Source of the DNA: Eledone cirrhosa
Lineage: Eukaryota
Reading direction: 5' to 3'
Length of the DNA: 64,000 nucleotides
Assembly: GCA_964016885.1 (NCBI GenBank)
Contig: OZ024742.1
Location: 140,740,001 to 140,804,000, forward strand
Position 1 is the first letter of the stretch; each line of letters opens with the position of its first letter. Below, piece after piece: positions 53,133 to 64,000 of this stretch. The notes below the pieces were generated by a model, which saw only the letters and a list, made by a program, of their open reading frames with translations, made no database searches and was not told the DNA's origin. A program made the position numbers and the translations under genes.

Positions 53133-54007
53133 CTTTAGTTAGTGTAATCCATAGTATCTTTGAAGAATTTACTCAGACTGTTTTCATTTCTCAAAGAAAC
53201 TTTCAGAATGAAAATATTCTTCATTATAAAAGAATTGTAAAAATGATCTATGAGAAAACAAAAATAAAAATAAAAAACGGTTTCCTTTATAAAATGAATG
53301 CAAATTCTAATATTGAAATTGTTTTATTGATCTTAGTAAAGGCTGGAAAATTTCTTGTCAAAATACCATAGGAAATCTTCATTTTCAAAAAAATGTTGAA
53401 GTCAAGTGGTATTTTAAATGAGCTGCTAAAAAGTTTTACTTGTTCGTATGTTAGGAGGAAAAGTAAAATGGCTTCAAGGAGATTATTATAACGGAAAAAA
53501 AAAAAAAAATGGAATCCATTTTATTAGCTGAGCCTTACAGAAAATTGATTTTCTATTTCAGGAATACAATAGTAACAGCAATTTAGATTACTGAAGGAAA
53601 TGAAAGAAAGTGAAAAATTCTTTCAATTGAATTCCATTTTGGTCAGTCTACAAAATTTTCTTACATGTAGTAAATGAAAAATATTTGAATACATAAATCA
53701 GGTCAATGAAAAGCAGCTGGCTTATACTGAATAATTTGAATATGTTTGTAGCATATTAAGTATTGAAATAATACATTTTATATTAAGAAAAAAACATTAA
53801 ATGTACTCTCACACACCCTCACACAAATATTTATATACACACAAAAAATTTGTTTATATGCGCTACTGTATAACATCTCTGTTTTAAAATCTTCTTTATA
53901 GGATTAAATATATTTTATATCTCAAACATTCATATAGCCCCATTATAGTAAATAAAGCTGACAAATAGCAAATAAAGAAATAGTGACATATAGTATAGAG
54001 GGAATAA

Positions 54008-54197
54008 TAATTGTTTCTACTTTTGGCACAAGGCCAGCAATTATCCCTGTGCATTACTGGTACTTTATTTTATCGACCCCATAAGGATGAAAGGCAAAGC
54101 TAACCTCGGCAGGATTTGAACTCAGATTGTAAAGGGTTGTAACATTATGCTGCAAAGCATGGCATCCGACCCTCTACCAATACTGCCAATCTACCGC
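54008..54197 (-). mobile_element. tRNA-derived SINE
   Basis: Same family; degenerate TSD agag(g/c)gaataataat. Confidence 0.85.
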
Positions 54198-55879
54198 TTT
54201 ACAGAGCGAATAATAATGAAACAAAAACATGAACATGGAATACAACATTGATCATCACATTTCAAGCTTATATATCCCTCATTGTAAAATAAAACTAACA
54301 CTTGAACCCTTTCGAGATCAAACTACCTGAAGCTGACCCTGATTCTACAATAAAAAGCTATTTATTTTAAAGTTTTTATATTTATCTAAAATCTTCCATC
54401 ATAATCTTTTGTAAGAATCATAAAATTATGTTTCAAACACCAGCTTAATAATTAGAAAGATAGAGATATTACTACTACTTCTCTTCTTGAGTCATCCCTC
54501 CATCAAAAATGAAGAATTTTCTGCTTTTTGTAATGGTTAGAATATATGCAGCTCATACTCATAGATTTCTCAGCTAACTGGAGCAGTTGTGCCAACCCAT
54601 TGTTGAATCAATAGTCAATCATCTGGAAAGTCACTGGTGTTCATAACGCTGAGGTCACTACATGAAATACTCCTTACTATGAAACAAGCAGGACATTTAT
54701 CAAGGCTTACATCACTAGATTCGACCTGTTCTGCTAGACTATCCCATATTAGCCATATCAGAGGAACCTTGTGTAGTATGTGGCTTTTCACCACGCAGGT
54801 AAGTCTTCAAACTGAGAAAGGTTAGGTGCTCAACTTGAATGAGCATATATTATGGGCATCAGTTCACTGAGTGGCTTGCTCAACAGACACTGGTGCACAC
54901 AGGGATGCTACAAAAGACCACCCAGTGCCAACCAATGAAAGTTACAATAGCTCTGCACACTCTTAAATTAACAAATACATATTTACACACCCATATTGTG
55001 TGGGTGTATATTACTAAATCCCTCCAAATTCTACATTATTTTTTAAATTATTTGGATTTCATTAGAAATATGATAACAAAAAGGTTGAACTCTTGATTTA
55101 AAAAGAAAATTAATCACTTTTGTTGGAACCACATTATTTATTATAATTGAAATATGGAAAAAAAAAATGTTTATTCACAACAAGAATTTAATAATTGAGG
55201 CTGCTGACATGATTACCTTAACCATATTATTCAAAAACATTTTTGATAATATGGACTATTTTTCTTGAACTGTTGCAAATAAGAATACCTTACTTTTTGA
55301 AATTTTTAAATTCAGTTTTAACTGCCAAAATATTTCAATAACATTCAGGTCTGGAGATTGTCTAGGCCAAAGAAAATCTCAGTTTGGGGATTTTAAAGGA
55401 AAACATCTAAATTAACCTGGCAGGATGAGCAAGTGCATCATATTGTCAGTCAGGATTGAGTAATCAGTTTTATTAAGGGGAGATGATTTTATAAAATATC
55501 TGCCTAGTAATATCATTGGAAGATGTTGACCATATTTTCTTTTATGTATATACATGACAAGAGTGGAACATTTGACTTAGGGTTAAACAACAATGATCAT
55601 TATTGGCTTAAAACAATATTCCCTTAATCTATAATTTTTTCTCTCAAACAATCACGATGGACATCTAAGAAAAGCAAATATTTCGATTAATCAGAGAAGA
55701 TAATATTTGGGAAGAAACTGAAGTCCCTTTTTTTAACAGTTCAAGAAATTGCTTTTTCTCAGTGACATTCACTCTGAGTTTTGTAGTGAAATTAGGGATA
55801 TATCAAATATGTAGGGTGAGTCTGCAGTTTATTTACAGCATTCCTCTTTTCTGTATGTATTATTTCTGTGTATTGTTCA

Positions 55880-56281
55880 TGAGTTCAAATCCCACCAAGG
55901 TTAACTTTGCCTTTTAGCCATACGGGGTTCGATAAAATAAAGTACCAGTAATGTACTGAGTAATTGCTGGCCGTGTGCCAAGAGTAGAAACAATTATTCT
56001 CTTGGCATTGTAATTGAGGTCTTATATCACATTAGCTATTTATAATGGTTGGTACACTTTGTCACAGCTACACTGTTTTATCCTGCAGTAAATAATTGTT
56101 TCTACTTTTGTCACAAGGTCAGCAATTACCCAGTGCATTACTGGTACTTTATTTTATCGACCCCGTAAGGATGAAAGGCAAAGTTAACCTTGGCGGGATT
56201 TGAACTCAGAATCGCAAGGACCGTAACTCTATGCGTCAAAGCATGGCGTCCGACCCTCTACCGATACTGCCAATCCACTGC
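55880..56281. mobile_element. Two SINEs in opposite orientation (55880-55996 plus, truncated; 56093-56281 minus)
   Basis: The second copy has TSD cctgcagtaaataat (56082-56096 / 56281-56295). Confidence 0.85.
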
Positions 56282-57399
56282 CTGCAGTAAATAATGTAAA
56301 TAAAACTATTGGATGTTTTACAGGCAGTTTTGTTTATCACATACAAAATAGCTTAATAAGATCTTAATATGCTAAATTTATACTATTGATATTTAAATCT
56401 TTTTCAAACTTAATAGCCCTCTCAATTATCATTATCATTTTCCTCTCCCATAAAAATCAAGATGATGTGATACAGCAATAACAAGTGTTTTAAGGTCATT
56501 TCCCTACTAAAGTAGGAGATAATCATGTGGGGTACCATAACATGCTTCATAATCATCATAGGAAGTTTTGCAGTCAGATTCCCTTCCTGGTGCCAACCGT
56601 TTTGGTTTGCCTCTTATGATATGTAGGGGATACAGTGAACCCATTATAAACCAGATACACACAGCATATATGAGTACATCAGTATTAATAGGATAAAGTA
56701 GGAAAAATAAATATGGAGGCAATAAAGGAATAAAGCATGGGTGAAGTTTAAAAGTAGTTGGATATTATAGAAGTGGTGATTGAGATAAGAGATTAGAATT
56801 AACTACATGACACCAATCCTTGTCAGCTACATATTCTAAGGAAATCCATTGCCAATTATTTTCAAAATGATATCAAAATAATCAAGATTTTTTAGGGATT
56901 TAGTAATATAATGAACTTTCTGATTATTAAAATAGTGCTTGAAACTTAAAGGATTTACATACAATTATGATGGAAGGATTTTAGATAAATACAAACAGTT
57001 TTGTATTATAAAATCAGGGGTGGCTTCAGGCAGGGTATCAAAAGGGTTAAGAAAAACTCTGCAATGGTATGAAAATATAAGAGTAAATCTATATATAGAA
57101 TATATTTTAACTTAGCTGAGAATGAAATTAGAGAAAACTTTAGATGGAACACACATGCATACAAACATGACATTCACACACACACACACAAACGTACATT
57201 CATCCATGCACACACACACACACACACTTTCAAAAAGTATACATCTGTAACATATTACTTCCTTGTAAATGATTAGAGTGGCAGGAGTCAGGATTTGTTA
57301 TGACTTCTAAAAGAATCAGATTTACCTATCTTGATATCAGAGAGGTTATGAAGATTAAAAAGAAGGTGATACAAATTTTTTTTGTAACACCTTCTTTGT

Positions 57400-57443
<44 letters not shown>

Positions 57444-58328
57444 ATATAAAATTCTTTGTCTCTCTGTCTGTCTGTTTTCTTACACATTCTCAAACGGCTC
57501 GACCAAATCAAATCAAACTTTACAAGGTAATAGTATTAGCCCCAGGATTAACAACATGTCATTTTTTATTTTCATCTGGATTAAAACAATATAACATTTT
57601 ATCTAATATAATCTTTCTATAGTCAACTATAGTAAACAATATTTTATAAGATGATATCACATTTTGTATATGTCTATGTGCCTGTGAGTGTGTGTGTGTT
57701 TGCGCATTAGTAAGTTGCATACACATTATCTTCACATACAGAGAATTAAACACACACACGCATCTACATATACATATGTAATGACTGACAAGTATATGTG
57801 TGTGAGTGTATGTAAGAGTGTATGTGTGTGTGAGTATACATGGATTTCTGTGACGACTGACATAATGAACACACACACACATCTAAAGAGAGAGACACAG
57901 AGGGAGAGGTAGAGAGAGAGATAGGCCATTATACAGAGAGAGAGATACAATTAAAGTATTAGATATCCAGAGAGAGAAAGAGAGAGAGTGATGTCCCACA
58001 AAAGTTTAGAATCGGCTTAAACTATAGAAAGTATCAGTTGAATGTTTAACAACATTGCGTTAGCTTTTATAAAGCATACATATGTATATATGTGTATGTA
58101 TGTATGTATGTATATATATATATGTGTATATATATATGAGTGTGTACGTGTGCATACTTACATTTATGTATCAGCTGTGCTAGGGTGAGAAATAAAATTA
58201 TAATTTTATTTTTAGTATTAGGCAAAGCTAGCGATAACTCGCTCGGTATACAAATGAGGCTACTCAGCCGATGTGTACTCAATAAAATACTATATATTTT
58301 CAACTGTTCAACAGACTAGCAGAGGTAT

Positions 58329-58371
58329 ACAGTCCTGATGAAGGGTAATGACCCAGAAACATGTTGATTGT
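58329..58371 (+). ncRNA. Minimal type I hammerhead ribozyme motif
   Basis: acagtc|CTGATGA|a gggt-aatg-accc a|GAAAC at GTT|gattgt. Stem I 6 bp, extendable with gagg/cctc and tgttcaaca/tgttgaaca; stem II 4 bp; palindromic stem III AACATGTT. Confidence 0.72.
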
Positions 58372-58455
58372 TCCTCAAAGCCAGTGTTGAACAAACAGGT
58401 GACGATCGGTGACCGGCACAGAACAGCTTCAAATTGGGCCGTTTGTTTACAAACG

Positions 58456-58655
58456 GGTAGATTGGCAGTATCGGTAGAGAGTCGGACGCCATGCTTTGCA
58501 GCATAGTTATGGCCCTTTATGATCTGAGTTCAAATCCCGCCAAGGTTAACTTTGCTTTTCATCCTTACGGGGTCGATAAAATAAAGTACCAGTGATGCAC
58601 TGTGGTCAATTTAATCGACTTTCCCCTCCCACAAAATTGCTGGCCTTGTACCTAT
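58456..58655 (+). mobile_element. tRNA-derived SINE, longer variant
   Basis: Same head and core, with an extra ~30-nt segment tcaatttaatcgactttcccctcccacaa before aattgctggcc. Confidence 0.82.
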
Positions 58656-58879
58656 ATAAAAAAACCATTATTAATGTTCGATATAACCTATATGTATATG
58701 TATATGTAGTGTTATGCAATATATTGCTGCACTTCAGATGACATCCTTTGGAGCTGAAAAAGATCATACTGATTATGGGTATTTCCCAACATTTAAAATC
58801 CAAGGTCAATGCTACCATTTAATCGGCAGTTTACTCACCCAGCCTAATAGGGAAGTTTTGTGATTGTTTTTTTTTTATG

Positions 58880-58914
<35 letters not shown>

Positions 58915-59349
58915 GACACATTATGGTCTCACCTCATACTGTAAACCAGACAACACATCCAATGCAGTCATTTTCTCTTTTATCGTTCTTCTCTTAACTG
59001 TTCTCCCGGGCAAAGCCAGGTACCTCAGCTAGTATATATACATAATTCCCCAGCTAACAGGAAAAACTGCTGTAAATTAATGATGATGATGATATACATA
59101 CATATATATATCAGATAGGGTGTGGTAAAATACCAGGTGAACCATAAACCACCAAAGTACTCGATACTTGGGTTAGTAGAGTGGGTAATATGAAGAGATT
59201 CAGGACCCCCGATGGCTGAGCTCTGGCTATTTCAACAGCTAGTTCGGATCTAGCTGTTGAAACAGCTGGAGTGCCCCAGCATCGCCTCAGCTGGATGGCT
59301 GAAACAGATAAAAGAATAAAATTGTTACATATATATATATATATATATC

Positions 59350-59815
59350 TTCTTTGCCCACTTATTTCTGAGAGGGTCTTTGGAGAAGAGTTTTCAAACA
59401 CTCCTCCTGCCAGAAGCAACCATCTCCAATTGATCCAGCTGGATCCCCAATCAAGACCACCTGACTCATAGATGTTATCCAACCATCTTGCTTGAGGTCT
59501 ACACCTGGGTTTCCTGTCAGTTGGTTTTACCCATAAAATCTGGCCAGCGATTCTTTCCTGAGACATTATAACCACATAACAGTAGTATTGGAGCTGTGAT
59601 ATCTTTATTGGAGCTGTGATATCTTAATTCAGAGAAGTAGCAGCTCTATTTAGAGTGCCTCTCTGATCTCCAAGCTACACACTCTCAAGTAATGTTATTC
59701 CAAAGTTCCTTTGGAGGAACTCCATTTTGGCTGCTTGTATTTATAATCCTATTCTTCCAGTCATTACCTCAGATTCATGACCATAGATAGGTAAGGGTTG
59801 GGACAAACACTAACC
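59350..59815 (-). mobile_element. Degenerate LINE (RTE-like) ORF C-terminus, different family
   Basis: ORF 59111-59575 begins SQERIAGQILWVKPTDRKPRCRPQARWLDNI, similar to the GxRxRGRPxxRWxD motif of RTE-like LINEs. Confidence 0.65.
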
Positions 59816-60922
59816 AAGACTGCGAGTGTGTATATAAATTTACACAGCATTTAGACATGTAAATATGCTAAATTCATGTATTTCCATGAAAACTGAAGAG
59901 ATGATATCTTGAATCAATTTTCAATTTTCAATTTTGGGTTCTGATCAGAAGATATGTATATCATCTAAACAACTACAAAGAAATACATAACTGAGGTGGT
60001 TATATACCCTATCACCTATAGTAATTTCAATGAAGTGGACATACTCATTTACATATTATTAGCACTTATGATGGTTGTTAATTTTAATATATATTATCTT
60101 AATCCTTTTTGTCAAAACAAGTTTCTAGAAAATTATCACCATTACCAGAACTTTTAAAATTTATTTTTGTAAGCTGTCAAGAAACAAACTGATATAGATG
60201 TTTCCATGTTAAACTATTGGTTGGAATTTGGCCTAATTGACTGAAGTGATTAAACTTTGATTAAATGTGAAGAACATTTAGTGCAGATGATTGAAATTAA
60301 AGAACTTCAATTGATTGTAAAGAACATAGTGTGTATGTGTGTGTGTGTGCGTGTGTGCGTGCGTGCGTGTGATTCAGTGAATTACTGGTGTTGGTACCAA
60401 AATGAGCACTCGATGCATGCCCTCCCCCTCCCACAGTCATTGTTTTCACTACCTGACAAAAACAACACTATGAATAGCCAGCTGACAACATTGGCCCTCA
60501 CACACCCATACCAACACACACATACATATATAAACACCCCAATTAAAAACAGAGGCACAAACAGGCACATGCAGGCATGCACACAAACATATGAATAAGC
60601 ACACACACCTATGCACATGAAAATATGTACATATACGCACACAAGTAGCCCTGCCTATGCACTAAATACTTACATACACCTACATACCCAAAAAGAAATA
60701 AGGCCAATCTTTATATATACCCATCAGCTCACAAATCACAACAAAAACTGTATTTTTTGTTGAATCACTAGTCTGAAGAGCAGATTGACAATGAAGTTGG
60801 GTTCATAACTTCTATGGGTGACCCTGAGCCAATCCTCTGCGTAACAGATCAATGCCCAATAAAAAAACTAACTACATGTAAAAGAAACTTCATTGTTTTT
60901 CTTAATATATATATATTTATAT

Positions 60923-61240
60923 CACCATCATCATTGTTTAACACCCATTTTCCTTGCTTGCATGGGTTAGATGGGTTGTTATGTTATAAGACATGTCAGG
61001 TCCAGGGACCACATCTTGCTCATACAGATCTGTATTTTGGCTTGGTTTATATGGCTGGATGCTCTTCCTAACACCAACCACATTACATTGTGGACTGGGT
61101 GCTTTTTATTGTGGCACTGAACTGACCATCTTACAGAGTGGACTGAGAATTTTTTGTTGTTTCATCAACACAACCACTTTACAGTGTCGCCATGGTTTTT
61201 TTTGTCATGTCACCAGCATGACCACCTTACAGTGTTGACT
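60923..61240 (-). mobile_element. RTE 3' UTR-only fragment (similar pieces at ~920-1160, 4380-4570, 9730-9880, 15770-15883, 16880-16990, 28340-28530)
   Basis: Shares ttcc(a/t)tgcttgcatgggttag and gctggatgc..ttcctaacaccaacca motifs and the CAT/GAT tail with the LINE at 22595. Confidence 0.75.
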
Positions 61241-61250
61241 GCGCACTTTT

Positions 61251-61358
<108 letters not shown>

Positions 61359-61827
61359 GAAATTTAGTAAAATCGAATCTCTGGCGGTTTGCAAGCAAAT
61401 TCGGCCTACTTATATGAAATGATGAGTTAGCAAAGCACTCGATAAGTTAGGTCCTTAGAGTAATAACATACGTTTAAATAGCTTGACAAATCGAACATTG
61501 TGGTAGGCAAAATCTAACACACAATAATATACCAAAGTAATGATAGAACCAACAGGTTGAGAAAAATACACCTGGACAAACCAAACGACTATACTTTTAA
61601 AGTGTTTCCCTGAATCCGAAATCAAACATCAGACCCACGCGACTGGCAAGCTCGCGGCACTCATGATCGAATGGAGGATTCAGTTTTTCAACAGGCCTTT
61701 CGTTCTACCCAAAACAGGGGTGATAGGCTAAATGTTGCTGCTAGATGCAGCGTATCATATCTATAACTGTCACAGCACGGGAAATAACCCCCGGTTTTTG
61801 GCGGGTCATTCAAAATGTTAGACAAAG

Positions 61828-61884
<57 letters not shown>

Positions 61885-64000
61885 TAATATAAAGAGTAGT
61901 GTGCTCATGCATGTAGATGCTATATAATATAGTTTATAAAATAGGGTGAAGACCCTTTGAGATAGCAACTTCTTTTCTCTGTCTTAAAGGATCTTCACCA
62001 TATTTTATGTTATTTTATAGCATTTCTGTGCATGAGCAATCACTCTTTTTATTAACTTTATGCCCTTGGCAGTTCATAAAAGTACAAGAGATAGCTATGG
62101 ATATGTTTATATGCATTGATTTTTCTGATGAAAAACAAAGATTAAAGAAGGTTGCATGATAAAATTCACTATATTAGCAATGGATGTAAATAATATATCA
62201 AGAGCTGTCACTGGCAGAGTTAATTTTATAAACAGGAAAACATGTAAATTAAGAAGATGAACATCAGAGACATAGATTACCAAGTTCATTTAAACAGAAA
62301 TTAGTTTTCTTCAGTTAATATCATCAGAAATGTAATATCTAATATCTTTAATGCTTTAAGATCACCATAAGCAACATCTTCAGAATTATATGAGAATAAA
62401 AAATAAGCTTCAACATTGAAGGTATGACTGTATGGTTAAGAAATTTTCTTCATAACCAACTAAGTTCTGAGTTTGATCCCAACGCATGGCACCTTTGTTG
62501 GAAAATGACATCTGTCATAAATTTTATAAACAATGTTTGGTAGATGGAAACTATGTGGAACATACATTCATATATATAATATGCACCAAATTTCATTCAC
62601 ATTGTCAGTCACAAGATATAGTAGAAACACATGCCCAATGTACCATGTAGTGGAATGAATCTCAAATCATGTGGCTGTGAAGCAACATTCTTAACCACAC
62701 AGTAATGCCTCACAGTGAGAATTTTGAGTGCTTAGAGCATTACCATGTCACACATGACCACAATAAATATATGAATATATTTGGTATTTCAAACTAGCAC
62801 TATATACTCATAAGGATGTTAGCATACCAATCAAATAATTATTTAAGAAGTTCATATTTTATTGTTTGAGGTTGAAAATATCTGTTAGTTTACTTGGATA
62901 ATAGTTTGCTTGGATAATAAAATAACATTAAATTTATGGTCGGATTTCCCTTAGTCAATAATTCATGAACATTTTGAATGAAATCCAAGTAATAAATCTT
63001 AAAAGGAAATCAGAAATAATCTAAAGCAGGTCTGTGAAGAAGAATAAATTAAGGAAAGAGAGAGAATAAACAAGTCAACTGTTGTGTTAAAAAAGATCTC
63101 AGCAATGTCAAAAATCCTGTAATTTATGACAGGATTTTTTTCTTTTTGGAGAACATTATTTGATACTAGATATCAATAAACCTTTCAATAGTTAAATAAG
63201 AAGAGGAAACTATTATATGAATTCATGTATATCATTTGGCTTTACTGATAGGGAAGATGGGAAAGTAGAAAAAACATCTATTTCATTAGATGTGAGAATG
63301 GAGAAAGGTTTATTCGATAGGCATGGCTATTAACAGGTGACAAACTTAAAAGAGCAACAAGATTTTAGGATCAAAATCAGTAGTAGCAGGTTATATCAGG
63401 GAAAAAATATTTTTGGAAAGCTGACAATGATGAAAGAGGTTAGCTTAAAAAGGATTTATACGGGTTTATGAAGCGATGAGATAGTCTCAAATAAAGATGC
63501 TGATGTGAGTGATAAACAAGAAGGAAAATACAGGCGACTTGAAAGGAATGCAATTAAGAAACATTTATGTACAAGCAGTACCATTAAATGAATTTTCTTA
63601 TTCAATTTGTCCATCTTAAAGTATAATAAAAATAAAAAAAATGATACAAAATTTGTAACCATATGAAAAAGTCAATAACTATTAAGAATTTTATTGAGAC
63701 TAGATCAAAGAAACTGCCATATTTACTGAAATGTGTTTTTCTCTCCTTTTAAAGAGTGGAAAAATATAGAGTTCACAAACATCAAGTAAAGGTAACTGAT
63801 TTAATTGATAAAATCTAAAGCTGTATCCAATGTACCTTAGCTATAATAACATTTATAAAAATCTTTTGTAAACTAAAAATGCTCCATTTTATGAATTTAA
63901 ACATGGAAAACTGATACCAAACAGAAATAAATTATTTTACTTTTTATTTATCTACTTTATTTTCACCAAGGTTATATGAATATTAAACAGAGAGAATCAA

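Larger units (their letters stand above)
57434..59032 (+). mobile_element. Non-autonomous Helitron with nested insertions (5' boundary approximate)
   Basis: 5' tatatataaaattctttgtctctctgtctgtctg...aacggctcgaccaaatc...aaacttt resembles the start of the 39962 element; 3' cccgggcaaagccagg hairpin followed by CTAG|t at 59029-59032. Confidence 0.62.

Noticed and set aside
61603-61632. Minus-strand CTGATG...GAAAC hammerhead-like string
   Set aside because: The core reads CTGATGT (A9 missing), and stems I and III do not pair.

Overview
AT-rich, repeat-dense eukaryotic DNA. The SINE/LINE/microsatellite landscape resembles an octopus (coleoid cephalopod) genome; this is an inference. The only host gene I can support is TRAPPC13 on the minus strand: two internal coding exons (36774-36942 and 17145-17229) separated by a ~19.5 kb intron. 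I could not find the first coding exon or the following exon, so the rest of the window is probably intronic. The introns hold a near-intact Buster-type hAT transposon (17513-20500; TIRs, 8-bp TSD, transposase with one frameshift), a dead mariner, RTE-clade LINE fragments with a PHD-like finger inside the RT ORF, two non-autonomous Helitrons, several MITE families, about 15 young tRNA-derived SINEs, a 2.1 kb 14-bp GA-rich satellite and many microsatellites. Most notable: (1) three unrelated minimal type I hammerhead-ribozyme motifs, one in a 360-bp partial tandem element whose 5' end coincides with the predicted self-cleavage site (retrozyme/Penelope-like); (2) a splice acceptor in the hAT element in frame with TRAPPC13 exon 2; (3) a palindromic double-tailed SINE inside one 16-bp TSD. 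Almost all other ORFs in the track are repeat artefacts.
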